Counted from the stretch's first letter, positions 19,387 to 30,400 are shown. The stretch is 64,000 nucleotides of DNA from an uncultured virus (IMG/VR IMGVR_UViG_3300042465_007039) (IMGVR_UViG_3300042465_007039:1-64000); one strand, 5' to 3'. Notes: generated from the sequence alone by a model not told the origin. Made by a program: numbers and translations.

Positions 19387-20154
19387 ATGGATCACTACAA
19401 AACACTTGATGTTGCTCGTACTGCCACTCCGGACGAAATAAAAAAAGCCTATCGCAAGCTGGCTTCTCAACATCATCCTGACAAAGGCGGCAACACTGTC
19501 AAGTTTCAAGAACTGCAAACTGCATACGATACCCTGAGCGATCCTGCCCAGCGAGCTGAATACGACAACCCTAGACCGCAGTTTTCAGGATTCCCCGGCG
19601 GTGGATTCAACATGCACGACATCTTTGGACAGATGTTTGGTCAGCAGTCCGGACAAACATCTCGCAGAAATCATGTGCGTATGACTGTGTGGATCACCTT
19701 GCTGGATGTGGCGCAAGGCGGCAGTCGCACTGTGAATGTAGGCACATCAACAGGGTCCAGCACCGTGCAAATTGAAATCCCAAAAGGCATCAACGATGGA
19801 GACAATGTTCAATACAGTGGCGTGGGCCCAGGTGGTGTAGACCTGATTGTGCAATTTCGAGTCCGCCCAGATGCCAGATGGCGCCGAGAAGACCTCAATC
19901 TCTACTGCGAGCATCGTGTGCCAATCTGGGACCTGATTCTAGGAGTCGAGACCGAAGTGATCAATATACTAGGACACCAATTGGTTGTGGGTGTGCCGCA
20001 AGGCACTCAACCGGGCACCACCATGCGACTGAAAGGACATGGCCTGCAGGATCGTCACGGCCAAACAGGAGATCTAATGTTACGTGTTCAAGGCGAAATA
20101 CCCAAAACAATTGCCCCAGAAATTGTGGCGGCCATACAACAATACCAAAAATAA
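19387..20154 (+). CDS. dnaJ: DnaJ/CbpA-type co-chaperone (no zinc finger)
   Basis: J-domain with HPD, G/F-rich region, DnaJ C-terminal domain. Confidence 0.9.
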   Translation: MDHYKTLDVARTATPDEIKKAYRKLASQHHPDKGGNTVKFQELQTAYDTLSDPAQRAEYDNPRPQFSGFPGGGFNMHDIFGQMFGQQSGQTSRRNHVRMTVWITLLDVAQGGSRTVNVGTSTGSSTVQIEIPKGINDGDNVQYSGVGPGGVDLIVQFRVRPDARWRREDLNLYCEHRVPIWDLILGVETEVINILGHQLVVGVPQGTQPGTTMRLKGHGLQDRHGQTGDLMLRVQGEIPKTIAPEIVAAIQQYQK

Positions 20155-20156
20155 AC

Positions 20157-20185
20157 TTGCATTGCAGTTGGCATTGCGTTATAAT
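20157..20185 (+). promoter_or_regulatory. sigma70-like promoter
   Basis: TTGCAT-17nt-TATAAT. Confidence 0.6.
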
Positions 20186-20209
20186 AAACAAAACAACTCA
20201 AGGATTCCA

Positions 20210-22468
20210 ATGACCCCTACTCCCGAAATTGAACACATTGTTGATCAGGCTGTGAAAATTGCACAGGAGCGGCAGCACGAATATGTGACCTCTGAACACC
20301 TGCTGTTGAGCATGATTCGATATGCACCTTTTAGAAAAACTGTGGCCAATTTTGGTGTGGACACTGACCACATGGACCAGGAAATTGATGTATATCTAAA
20401 AAGCCTTGTGAGCCTGGTCAACCCCGACGTTGATGTGCCTAAAAAGACACAGGCCCTGGAACGCATTTTTAACCGTGCCAACGTACAGGTCATGTTTACC
20501 GGTCGTCGCAACCTTACCGTGATTGATCTGTATCTTTCAATCATGAGCGAAGGCAATAGTCACGCACAATATTTCATGTTGAAATTTGGCATGAAGAAAT
20601 CAGAGTTTGTGGAGTTCTGGCAAAAGAATTATCGACCCACTGATGTCAAACTCAGTAGCAGCCAGGCCGACAGCATTCTAAACGAATACTGCACTAGTCT
20701 TACTGCTTGTGCTGAAAAAGATCAGTTAGAACCCATGATTGGTCGAAGCAAAGAACTGGAAGAAATGATCACCGTGCTGGCTCGACGCTTCAAGGCCAAT
20801 GTGCTCATGGTTGGCGATCCTGGTGTGGGCAAAACACACATTGTGGATGGCCTGGCACAGGAAATCATTGCCGGACGTGTGCCCGAGTTCCTAAAAGGGC
20901 ATGAAGTCTGGAGTCTTGAAATTGGCAGCCTGCTGGCAGGTTCTAAATATCGCGGCGAGTTTGAAGAAAAATTTAAAGCAGTTATTTCTGCTCTGGAATC
21001 CAAGAAAAACTGTATCCTGTTTGTGGACGAAGCGCACACCATGAAAGGTGCGGGTGCAGGGTCAACTGCAGGGCTGGACTTTGCCAACATGCTGAAGCCG
21101 GCTATTACCAAAGGCAACCTCAAGGTTGTGGCGTCAACCACCTGGGAAGAGTACTACGAAAGCTTTGAAAAAGATCGTGCACTCATGCGTAGATTCTATC
21201 GACTCAGCATTGACGAGCCCGATGCAGAAACCACGGAAAAGATCCTGATTGGCCTCAGTCCGCGCCTGGAACAGTTTCACAATGTGTTGATTGACACAGA
21301 AGCCATGATCACTGCAGTGGAACTGGCTGCTCGTTACATTCATGACCGCAAGAATCCTGACAAAAGTATTGACATCATTGATGCTGCTTGTGCTCGAGAG
21401 CGTGTGAAAGATCAAGGCACAGTCACCGTCACTCGAGACATGATTGAACAGCAGGTGGCTCGCATGACTGGCGTGCCCACGGACAAACTGCAAAACGAGC
21501 GATCAGCCAAGATTGTGGAACTGGAATCAAACATCAAGCAAAAACTGTATGGGCAAGACTCAGCTGTGGACGCTGTGCTGGATCGAGTGTACATCAGCTT
21601 TGCTGGCATCAGCAACGAAAAACGACCCATGGCCAGTTTCTTGTTCTTGGGTCCAACCGGTACAGGCAAAACTGAACTGGCACGATTGTTGAGCCAAAAT
21701 CTTGACATGCATCTACTCAAGTATGACATGAGCGAGTTTCAAGAGCGGCACAGTGTGAGCGGCTTGATCGGTGCTCCCCCAGGCTATGTGGGTTTTGAAG
21801 ATGGCAACGTGGGCGGCGGCAAACTGATTTCTGACATCAGTAAGAATCCGTTCAGCATCATCTTGTTTGACGAAATTGAAAAAGCACATCCTGACGTCAG
21901 TAACATCTTGCTACAGATGCTGGACGAAGGTGTGATTACCAGCAGTGGTGGCAAACGAGTCAACGTCAAGAACTGTATCATTATCTTGACATCCAACCTG
22001 GGTGCTGCTGCCAGTGAAGTCAACAACATTGGCTTTGGTTCGCAGGAAAAAAGCGGAGAAGATGAGCGAGCACTCAAGGAGTTTTTCAAACCTGAAATGC
22101 GTAACCGTATTGATCAGATTGTGAAGTTCTCCAAGCTGGACACCCTGGCTATCAAGAAAGTGGTTGTGAAGTTTGCCGAAGAACTCAAGACCAGCTTGCT
22201 GGCCAAGAACATTCGACTCAACATGACCGAAGCTGTGATTGACATGCTGGCTGACAAAGGATATGACTCCAAGATGGGTGCACGACCCCTGAGTCGCAAG
22301 ATTGACCAGTTGATTCGAGTGCCACTCAGCAAGCGAATCTTGTTTGATCGGCTGGCAGACTGCGACATCACTGCGGACATGAATGGTGATGATGTGGTGT
22401 TTGATGCAGTGGCTCACGAAATTCCTGTGGTAGGCGATGACGGAATTATTCGATTTCCCACTCCATGA
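20210..22468 (+). CDS. clpA: ClpA-type ATP-dependent unfoldase
   Basis: Clp N-domain (EHLLL), GDPGVGKT, KYRGEFEE, GPTGTGKT, GAPPGYVG, DEIEKAH, IGF loop; no ClpB middle domain. Confidence 0.92.
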   Translation: MTPTPEIEHIVDQAVKIAQERQHEYVTSEHLLLSMIRYAPFRKTVANFGVDTDHMDQEIDVYLKSLVSLVNPDVDVPKKTQALERIFNRANVQVMFTGRRNLTVIDLYLSIMSEGNSHAQYFMLKFGMKKSEFVEFWQKNYRPTDVKLSSSQADSILNEYCTSLTACAEKDQLEPMIGRSKELEEMITVLARRFKANVLMVGDPGVGKTHIVDGLAQEIIAGRVPEFLKGHEVWSLEIGSLLAGSKYRGEFEEKFKAVISALESKKNCILFVDEAHTMKGAGAGSTAGLDFANMLKPAITKGNLKVVASTTWEEYYESFEKDRALMRRFYRLSIDEPDAETTEKILIGLSPRLEQFHNVLIDTEAMITAVELAARYIHDRKNPDKSIDIIDAACARERVKDQGTVTVTRDMIEQQVARMTGVPTDKLQNERSAKIVELESNIKQKLYGQDSAVDAVLDRVYISFAGISNEKRPMASFLFLGPTGTGKTELARLLSQNLDMHLLKYDMSEFQERHSVSGLIGAPPGYVGFEDGNVGGGKLISDISKNPFSIILFDEIEKAHPDVSNILLQMLDEGVITSSGGKRVNVKNCIIILTSNLGAAASEVNNIGFGSQEKSGEDERALKEFFKPEMRNRIDQIVKFSKLDTLAIKKVVVKFAEELKTSLLAKNIRLNMTEAVIDMLADKGYDSKMGARPLSRKIDQLIRVPLSKRILFDRLADCDITADMNGDDVVFDAVAHEIPVVGDDGIIRFPTP

Positions 22469-23130
22469 CAGCCACAAGAAACGTTGCCACTTCACAGTTG
22501 TATTTTGGCCAGTATCAGTACTGTCTCAGCTTTGGCATGCTGTACTCAGCACAGATGCGCAAGCTAGATCCTGAACGGATCCTGACCAACATACGCTGGA
22601 AAAACTCCAGAGTTGTGGGATATATCAGCCGAGGAAATATGTTTGTAGACCAACAAGAACTGGTTGCCGCTGAACTGGCCTGTCTGGAACTAGCTGCTGA
22701 ATTACAGTCAGCTGCGGAACCGTTTAGGCGTGTGTGCCAGTGGGAATCACAGGCTATTTACAGCAACGATCATGCCTGGCTGTTGCGCTTGGCCAAGTTT
22801 CCGGGCCTAGACAATCAGCTAATTTCCACTGCTGTGGTCAGTCGTCCACACAATCAGATACAGTTGAAACAAAGTGACTGGGCATGGCGCAGCTACTTTC
22901 GGGAACAACGTCTGGATCAACCGGCGGCTGCTCGCCTGCGTGATTTTTTTCACAGTCGTGGCAACTATTTCAGACTCACTGACTCTTTTCGGCATCGTTT
23001 GGCACAGCCTGCATTCTACATGCAGCGTTGGCAGTTTGTGGATCATCACACGGAAGCAGACGTTACCATGCTGACCATGTTCATGCCCGGGCTGGTAAGA
23101 AAGACCGTACCCATCACTGTGACTAAATAA
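22465..23130 (+). CDS. hypothetical protein
   Basis: ORF coupled to clpA. Confidence 0.7.
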   Translation: MTATRNVATSQLYFGQYQYCLSFGMLYSAQMRKLDPERILTNIRWKNSRVVGYISRGNMFVDQQELVAAELACLELAAELQSAAEPFRRVCQWESQAIYSNDHAWLLRLAKFPGLDNQLISTAVVSRPHNQIQLKQSDWAWRSYFREQRLDQPAAARLRDFFHSRGNYFRLTDSFRHRLAQPAFYMQRWQFVDHHTEADVTMLTMFMPGLVRKTVPITVTK

Positions 23131-23136
23131 TACACT

Positions 23137-23304
23137 ATGGCAAAAATCATCGAACACGTTCTGGTAATAAAATTCAGTAAAATTGCAAAAGACTCAGAAT
23201 CTGAATCTGCAGCAATTGTCAGTGCCGACATTCAACAAGCACTGGAACAAGTGGCCCAGGAACTGGTGGGCAGCAGTATTGTGGTGGAAATTGGACCAGC
23301 ATGA
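23137..23304 (+). CDS. 55-aa hypothetical protein
   Basis: MAKIIEHVLVIKFSK...; TAAATA 7 nt upstream; ATGA overlap downstream. Confidence 0.7.
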   Translation: MAKIIEHVLVIKFSKIAKDSESESAAIVSADIQQALEQVAQELVGSSIVVEIGPA

Positions 23305-23663
23305 TCACCACTGAAACACTGCTGACTGCTGTGATTCACGGAACTCCGTCAGGCAACTACGACGGGTCCAGTCAGGACTGGTTCAGTGACGCAGTCAAAG
23401 CTGCTGACTACTATCGTGGTCGCGGCGGTGTACAAACCATTGGATTTAGTGTTACTGGATTTCAGGGCGAAATTATAATAGAAGCCACACTAGACACAGA
23501 TCCTGATTCGGCTGCTTGGTTTGTCACACTGACCTACGGCGACGCCAGCAGTGTGATCACACAAACGCTGTCTGAATCTGTTGTGGGCAATTTCACTTGG
23601 CTGCGGGCCAGGATTGAGGCATTTGAATCCGGCACCATCAACACAGTGACTGCAACCTACTGA
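23301..23663 (+). CDS. hypothetical beta-rich protein (possible virion protein)
   Basis: 120-aa ORF in late operon. Confidence 0.7.
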   Translation: MITTETLLTAVIHGTPSGNYDGSSQDWFSDAVKAADYYRGRGGVQTIGFSVTGFQGEIIIEATLDTDPDSAAWFVTLTYGDASSVITQTLSESVVGNFTWLRARIEAFESGTINTVTATY

Positions 23664-23664
23664 A

Positions 23665-24099
23665 ATGGACACTTCTAGAATTTCATTTGAGATCTCTCCT
23701 TCGGATCAGGCTTGTCCACTAGGTGTGGAAGTTTGGCTAGATCAACAACAAATTTTCAACACCGAACATCTTGCTGACACAGTTAATGTATCACATGATA
23801 TTGACGAAAACAATGCCGAACACGTACTGCGTGTTGTACTCAAGCACAAAAAAACCGAGCATACCACAGTAGATGCTGATGGCAACATCACACAAGACGC
23901 TGTGATCAATGTTGGCTCATTTAAATTTGAAGAAATTGATATCAATCAAACGGTTCAGGATCTGGCCATTTACACCCACGATTTTAACGGTTCAGGCAAC
24001 ACAACACAAAGCAAGTTTTTTGGCAGCATGGGCTGCAACGGCACCCTGAGTCTAAAGTTTACCACTCCTGTTTATCTCTGGTTGCTGGAACACATGTAG
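23665..24099 (+). CDS. hypothetical protein
   Basis: 144-aa ORF. Confidence 0.7.
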   Translation: MDTSRISFEISPSDQACPLGVEVWLDQQQIFNTEHLADTVNVSHDIDENNAEHVLRVVLKHKKTEHTTVDADGNITQDAVINVGSFKFEEIDINQTVQDLAIYTHDFNGSGNTTQSKFFGSMGCNGTLSLKFTTPVYLWLLEHM

Positions 24100-24114
24100 G
24101 GCTAAATACCTGGT

Positions 24115-26412
24115 ATGAAACAATTAGTCATCATGCCTGGCGGATTTCACCCTTTTCACGCAGGCCATCTAGCACTTTATCAATCTGCTGTTCAGGCTTT
24201 TCCTGGCGCTGATGTCAAAGTAGCTGCTACCAACGACACATCAACTCGTCCATTCCCTTTTGCACTCAAAGAAAAACTAGCACAACTGGCAGGAGTCGCC
24301 CCGGGCAACTTTTATCAAGTCAAAAGTCCATTTCGTGCTGAAGAGATTACCAAGAGTTACAATCCTGCTACCACACAGTTGATCTTTGTTCGCAGTGAAA
24401 AAGATGCCAACAAACTACCGCAAGCAGGAGGGGTCAAACGTGATGGCGCACCTGCATATCTGCAGCCCATCAGTGATCAACTGGCACCAATGACTCAGCA
24501 TGCCTACATGGTGTACTTGCCCACAGTGGAGTTTGGTCCAGGCATGACCAGTGCCACAGAAATACGCTCTGCCTGGCCCACACTCACAGATCGCCGCAAA
24601 ACAGCCTTGGTCATGAGCTTGTACCCCAAAACACAACGCAACCCCAAACTGGCTGCTGTTGTGGTCAAAATGCTGGATACTGCCATTGGCACACAAGAAG
24701 TAGATGAAAGATCGCTGAAAGAATTTGCTCCCGGGTCAGGCGGTGATGACGACATCGGCGATGATCCCTACAAGTATCCCAAGCCAGAGCGGTACCGTCG
24801 CAGTGCGGATTACTTTGGCCAATTTGAAGCAGATCATTTTGATCGTGAAGCCTTTGATGATGCCACTGGTGAGTTCAAAGGCTACTGGGGGCGTACACCA
24901 ATTGCTTATTTCAAGTTTGACAACCCAGCACGAACTGGCAGCGATGATCCGGGCCGAGGCTGGTACTACGAACCACAGTCAAACAACAGCGGTGACGACA
25001 CCAGTGCCGAACCTGCTGATGATAACGCTGAGCAACGCAAGCAACAAGAGTTGGGCATGATCCGTCAGTTTTTGAAATCTGGCAATCGACCAAATCCAGA
25101 CAGTCAAATTGGTCGATTGATGAAAAAACATGGCATAGAGGAAGATCTAAGCCGCAGAGGATTCTTACGAGGCCTAGGCGCTGCGGCTGCTGGTGCGGTC
25201 GGTGTTGGCGCTGCTGGTCCGGCTCAAGCACGATCAACTGATGCGTCACGAAAAGAAGATGCTGAGGCCTTGGCATTACTGGCCAAAGGTATGACTCCTG
25301 AACAAGTTGCTAAAAAATTAGGAGTTGCTGGACCAAATCACGGGCAGACCCATCATATGGGTGGTCGGTGGGCTTCAATCAATCGGGCAGCAGCACAGCT
25401 CCGACGACAACGAGGCCTAAACGAATTTGCAATGGGCGGCGGTGACGATGACGGCAACGATGGCTTCAGTGATGACACACTTAAACAGCTGGCAGCACAG
25501 TGGTACAATGGCGACGAAGATCCCAGAGTAGAACAAACACTGGCAGCAGCAGGTTGGGAAATTGGTCAAGATGAAGGCTATGATGATACACCGGGTGTGT
25601 TTGTGGTGCAGGCCGGAGACATCAACGGCAACAGCTATATCAGTTGGCCTGCCCACGAACTAGAAGGCCTGGCCGAAGCAAGCAAGCAAGGTGTGGCGGA
25701 AAACTTTGCTGATGGTAAAAACCCACAAGACAAAGGTGATGCCAAGCGTCACGGTATCAACACCAAGGCCAGTGTAAGCAGTCTACGCAAAACTGCCAAG
25801 CAAGGTGGACGCAAAGGACAACTGGCACACTGGTTGGCCAACATGAAAGCTGGCCGAGCCAAGAACGAGGACATAACAGAAGATAATGACTGCCCTCCGG
25901 CTACACAGGATATCTCACTCAATCTCAAGAACAGACAAAAAGCCATCAACGAATACGGTTACGGTCCGCTCAACCCAGACTTGCCCAACACCAAGTTCTG
26001 GATGAAAAAGGTTGATGAGTGGAATCTAGACAGCATGGAAGAAGCACAAAGCAGCTTGTGCGGTAATTGTGCAGCATTTGACATACGACAAGAAACTCTA
26101 GACTGTATTGCACAAGGTATTGATAGTGATAGTCCCGAAGACGCCGAAGGTGTGATTGATGCTGGCGACTTGGGCTATTGCAAGTTCCTAAAGTTCAAGT
26201 GTGCAAGCCGCAGAACATGTGATGCTTGGGTAACCGGTGGACCACTAGAGGACAAACCAGTTGACGAAAATCAAGGTTGGGCAGCAACATACCAAGAAGC
26301 AGACTCTGACTATATTGAAGAAAAGTGGAGCGCAAAATACAAGAGCAGTATCAATTGTGCCAATCCCAAAGGATTTAGTCAAAAAGCTCACTGCGCTGGT
26401 CGTAAAAAATAG
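24115..26412 (+). CDS. modular polyprotein: HxGH nucleotidyltransferase-like domain plus about six small cassettes
   Basis: GGFHPFHAGH and SATEIR; junctions LKE, IEE, LNE, LAE, GVAE, ITE, IEE; internal Tat signal. Confidence 0.8.
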   Translation: MKQLVIMPGGFHPFHAGHLALYQSAVQAFPGADVKVAATNDTSTRPFPFALKEKLAQLAGVAPGNFYQVKSPFRAEEITKSYNPATTQLIFVRSEKDANKLPQAGGVKRDGAPAYLQPISDQLAPMTQHAYMVYLPTVEFGPGMTSATEIRSAWPTLTDRRKTALVMSLYPKTQRNPKLAAVVVKMLDTAIGTQEVDERSLKEFAPGSGGDDDIGDDPYKYPKPERYRRSADYFGQFEADHFDREAFDDATGEFKGYWGRTPIAYFKFDNPARTGSDDPGRGWYYEPQSNNSGDDTSAEPADDNAEQRKQQELGMIRQFLKSGNRPNPDSQIGRLMKKHGIEEDLSRRGFLRGLGAAAAGAVGVGAAGPAQARSTDASRKEDAEALALLAKGMTPEQVAKKLGVAGPNHGQTHHMGGRWASINRAAAQLRRQRGLNEFAMGGGDDDGNDGFSDDTLKQLAAQWYNGDEDPRVEQTLAAAGWEIGQDEGYDDTPGVFVVQAGDINGNSYISWPAHELEGLAEASKQGVAENFADGKNPQDKGDAKRHGINTKASVSSLRKTAKQGGRKGQLAHWLANMKAGRAKNEDITEDNDCPPATQDISLNLKNRQKAINEYGYGPLNPDLPNTKFWMKKVDEWNLDSMEEAQSSLCGNCAAFDIRQETLDCIAQGIDSDSPEDAEGVIDAGDLGYCKFLKFKCASRRTCDAWVTGGPLEDKPVDENQGWAATYQEADSDYIEEKWSAKYKSSINCANPKGFSQKAHCAGRKK
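25687..25701 (+). repeat. junction repeat CAAGGTGTGGCGGAA (QGVAE)
   Basis: Copy of the 10674 repeat. Confidence 0.85.
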
Positions 26413-26462
26413 TCAGCTCTGCTATACTCTGTAAATAGTTATATACTTTTACGGAGAACCCA

Positions 26463-27347
26463 ATGGCCGACGCCTTACCAACTACTACACCCCCAACTGA
26501 TCCTGCTGCAACAACTCAGCAAAATATCCAGGTAAATTTGGATTACTTGCGTACCACACGAGTTCACATGTGCATGCCCTGCTATGGCGGACAACTGACT
26601 GAAAGCACATTCATGAGCTACATCAAGTGGGCCAACATGGCACGCCAATTGGGCATTGAGTGGACAGTAGAAACCATGACCAATGAGAGCTTGATCAGTC
26701 GAGCACGTAACACACTCACTGCCAAGTTTTTGGCCACCGAAGGCTCAACGCACTTGATGTTTATTGACGCTGATATTGGTTGGGAACCCTGGCATTTACT
26801 GGTCATGATGGATGCACAAAAAGATGTCATCGGCGGCCTGTACCCAATGAAAAGCCTGCCTATCAAATGGTGCGTGAATGGCATTCCGGGGGTAGACGAA
26901 GACCCCAATAGCAACTTGATTGAAGTGTCCAAAACTGGCACGGGTTTTATGTTGATCAAGCGTGATGTGTTTGAAAAATTAAACGCACATCCTGCTACCA
27001 AGCCCTTTGCCAACGACATTGGACTTGACCCTAGCTTGAATCAGTACATGAAAACCTACTTTGACACTGCGGTACGTGAAGGTCGCTACTATTCGGAAGA
27101 CTGGACATTCTGCGAAAACTGGCGTGATTTGGGTGGACAAGTCTGGGTGGACAAGCGAGTGCTGTTGCGACACACAGGCACTTACACATTTGATGCGGCC
27201 ACGCAAGACAAACTGTACAACGACCTGCATGCCATGGTGCTGGCCAAGCAAGCACCCACACAGCCCTTGCACAATATAGCACCGGAGGTGCTTGCAGCAG
27301 AATCCAACGCCGAAGTCATAGCCTCAAACAGCAGCAACGCTGAATAA
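26463..27347 (+). CDS. GT-A fold glycosyltransferase-like protein
   Basis: MPCYGG, ISRARN, HLMFIDAD (DxD), GTGFMLI, SEDWTFC. Confidence 0.75.
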   Translation: MADALPTTTPPTDPAATTQQNIQVNLDYLRTTRVHMCMPCYGGQLTESTFMSYIKWANMARQLGIEWTVETMTNESLISRARNTLTAKFLATEGSTHLMFIDADIGWEPWHLLVMMDAQKDVIGGLYPMKSLPIKWCVNGIPGVDEDPNSNLIEVSKTGTGFMLIKRDVFEKLNAHPATKPFANDIGLDPSLNQYMKTYFDTAVREGRYYSEDWTFCENWRDLGGQVWVDKRVLLRHTGTYTFDAATQDKLYNDLHAMVLAKQAPTQPLHNIAPEVLAAESNAEVIASNSSNAE

Positions 27348-27351
27348 AACG

Positions 27352-27371
27352 GCCCCGAAAGGGGCTTTTTT
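27352..27371 (+). terminator. rho-independent terminator
   Basis: GCCCC-GAAA-GGGGC followed by TTTTTT. Confidence 0.85.
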
Positions 27372-27407
27372 GCGCAGGTGGCTTTGGCAGTGCGCAATAA
27401 ATACACT

Positions 27408-30400
27408 ATGAACATCGAAGAACTAGACGCCTACAATCTTGACGACGCAGTGAAATTTCACGACCACTTGAATCCCCGACTCTGGGACTCTCGTGAGCAG
27501 TTGCGTCCCGAAGTGCGTGTCAAGTTGTTAGAAATAGCAGCTGACTTTGAAGAATTCCTGGGACTCAACGATGTGTCTGTGCAAGACATCACCATTTCAG
27601 GTTCCAATGCTGCCTACAGCTACACCAATCACTCAGACATTGATCTGCACCTGGTTGTGGCCATGCCCCAGGGTTCCAGTGCTGATGTTTATCGTGAACT
27701 GTTTGACGCCAAGAAATATCAATACAACAACCTGCACAACATTCGCATAGGCGCTGCTGATGTGGAACTGTATGTGCAGGACGCAGATCAACCGCATCAC
27801 TCACAGGGCATCTACAGTGTAAGAAACAACCAGTGGATCAGTGTGCCGCGTCGTAGATCAGCTGATGTCAACGACTCTGCTGTACAACGCAAGTACCAAG
27901 ATCTAGGCACTCGTATTGAAAACATTCTAAGCAGCAGTGATCATGAACAGTTGGCTCGCATGATGACCAAGATCAAGACCATGCGAGCCGCAGGACTAGA
28001 GCGTGAAGGTGAGTTTGGTGTGGACAACATTGTGTTCAAACTGTTGCGCAACAATGGCCTGATCAAACGCTTGGTTGATGCTCGCAGTGCTGCACGTGAT
28101 GCTGAACTCAGCCTCAATGAACGCAAACGAAAGAAAAAGTCCAGCCGTGTGCGATATGGCTACGGTGGCTACTGGACTCCAGGCTACAACTTTGGTGGCA
28201 CAGAACTAGGCGGAGACTCTGGTGGCGGAGATGGTGGAGGTGGCGAAAGTGTGCGTGAAGCTTCTACTCCCGACGGGGTCAGCGCCAGTACCAAGATGTT
28301 CCTGGAACAAGACTCTGTCAGCACCACAGACATTGTGCAAGATTTTGTGAGCTTTTGTGTGGGCGAACTTGGTATCCAGCAGCAGCCTCAACTGCGACTG
28401 CGTCGTGACCCTGCCTGGAGCCAACGCAATCACAGCTTTGGACAGTTTGATCCTGCCTCCAACAAACTCAATGTCAGCATGGCCAACCGTCATGTGATGG
28501 ATATCCTGCGCACAGTGGCACACGAGATGGTACACTACCACCAACAAGAACAACAAGACTTGCCGCCCAACGCAGGCGCTACTGGCAGCAAATACGAAAA
28601 CGAAGCCAATGCCAGAGCTGGCGAACTCATGAGAAACTACGGGCAACAGCATCCTGAACTGTTTGAACCAGGTGCTGTGGCCGAAGGATGGCGTAAACAA
28701 CAGCAGAACGAAAGCTCGGGCTATATTCCCACCAAGAAAGAACGCAACGATCCCAGATTCAGCATGGCTCTAAGCCCCGATGTGCAGCCAGGTGCCACAG
28801 GCAAAAATGCTAACAAACTGGCATTGAAAACCAATACACAAGGTCAGCCAGGCCTGCTGATGAAAACTGTTAACCTGCGTGAGTCCACGAAAACTAACTT
28901 GTCAGAAATTGATCGCAGAGGTGTGCTCAAGGCCATTGGTGCAGGTGCAGTGGCCACAGCGGTGCCAGGGGTAGCACAAGCAGGACCATTTGTGGATGTT
29001 GCTGCGTTAGGAAAATCCAATCCCGAGCAGGCTCAAAAAGTATGGACGCCCAGGTACCAAGAACTCACCACACGATGCCAAAACATCATGCGCCGATTGA
29101 TTGCAGCAGCAGGGCCTAAATGGGCGCCACTGTTGAAAGGCACCACCATTCGTGTGGTCTCAAGTGACAATTATGCACAGGCCAGTGCAATTTCGCGAAT
29201 GATTGCTATTGATCTTTCGGTGTTCTGGGATGCTCCGGACGCTGCCTTGGCATTTACCATAGCACATGAGCTGGGACATATTGCCCTGGAACATGGTGCC
29301 GGCACTGATGACGAGTCAGCAGACTACAAAACTCAATTGCGAGTGGCTGCACTGTATCGCCAAGGCGAACTGGATGCAGACGAGTTTGCGGTGCGCATCT
29401 GCAAGACACTGGGCTACAACAAGGCCGAAGTGTTCAAATTCATTGCCCAGAACGAAGCAGAATTGCAAATGTTTGATCTACTGACACAATCACCCACCAG
29501 CACTCACCCCAGCCAAAAGACTCGTATTGACCGAGCTAGAATGAATGGGTTTCAGTTGAGTCGTGGCGGTATTGAACAAATGAATGTGTTGAAGCAACAC
29601 CTGGCTGAGCATGACACAGTACACAGTGATCTGATTGAAAATCTACAACAAGAATTTGCACTGTTTGAAGAACAGGACCTGTTTGAAATCAACATGAGTC
29701 CCACAAATCTAAAAAAACTAGCAGCACAAACAGGCGCCAGGGCCGGCATGGAATTTGAGATGATTGTACCCGGTATCGAAGGTGGGGAAGACGCTGAACA
29801 AGAACCTGACTACGACGCCGACGAAAATGTCATGAGCATTGAGGATGCAGCGCAGTTCTTTTTTGACGGTGACTTCAACGGTCGAAGAGACATTCAACGC
29901 CTGCGTGAAAGCATGAGCGAAGATTATCAGACTTGGCTGGGTGACGCCTGGATGGAGCATTTTGAAACCTACAAAACTACCATTGTGTTTAGATTCGGCA
30001 AAGAAAATTGGGAAGAAGCACAAATTGCCGAAATCATGGGCCTGGACGAAGCTGAAACCGAAGCATTAGAAACTCGCGGTGCGACTCCCGAAGATTACAT
30101 GGACGCTGCTGAAAAAGTCATTGCTGATGGATTAGATCCCTGGCTGAATGATGCGCAGGAAGATGCACAAGAAGAATATTACGATGAAGATCACGAAGAT
30201 GATTGGTTGGCCAGTGAAGGTATTCGTTCAATGAGCGATGTTTCAAGTCAGTACAATATCATGTGGCCATATTGGAGCAGTGGTAGCAATGAAGGTGCTG
30301 GTATTGAATCCGTTGCTGATGAATTCCGTGAGGCCATTGGTCGCAAAGTAAACTGGTCTGATAGTTACCATGGTGGCAAACGAGAGCCCAACACTTATGT

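Noticed and set aside
20245..22495. Numerous long minus-strand ORFs over clpA, and similar ones over polB and other genes
   Set aside because: Antisense frames of well-supported genes, with no motifs or RBS
27370..27397. TTGCGCA...TGCGCAA inverted repeat after the terminator
   Set aside because: Short, single occurrence, with no evidence of function
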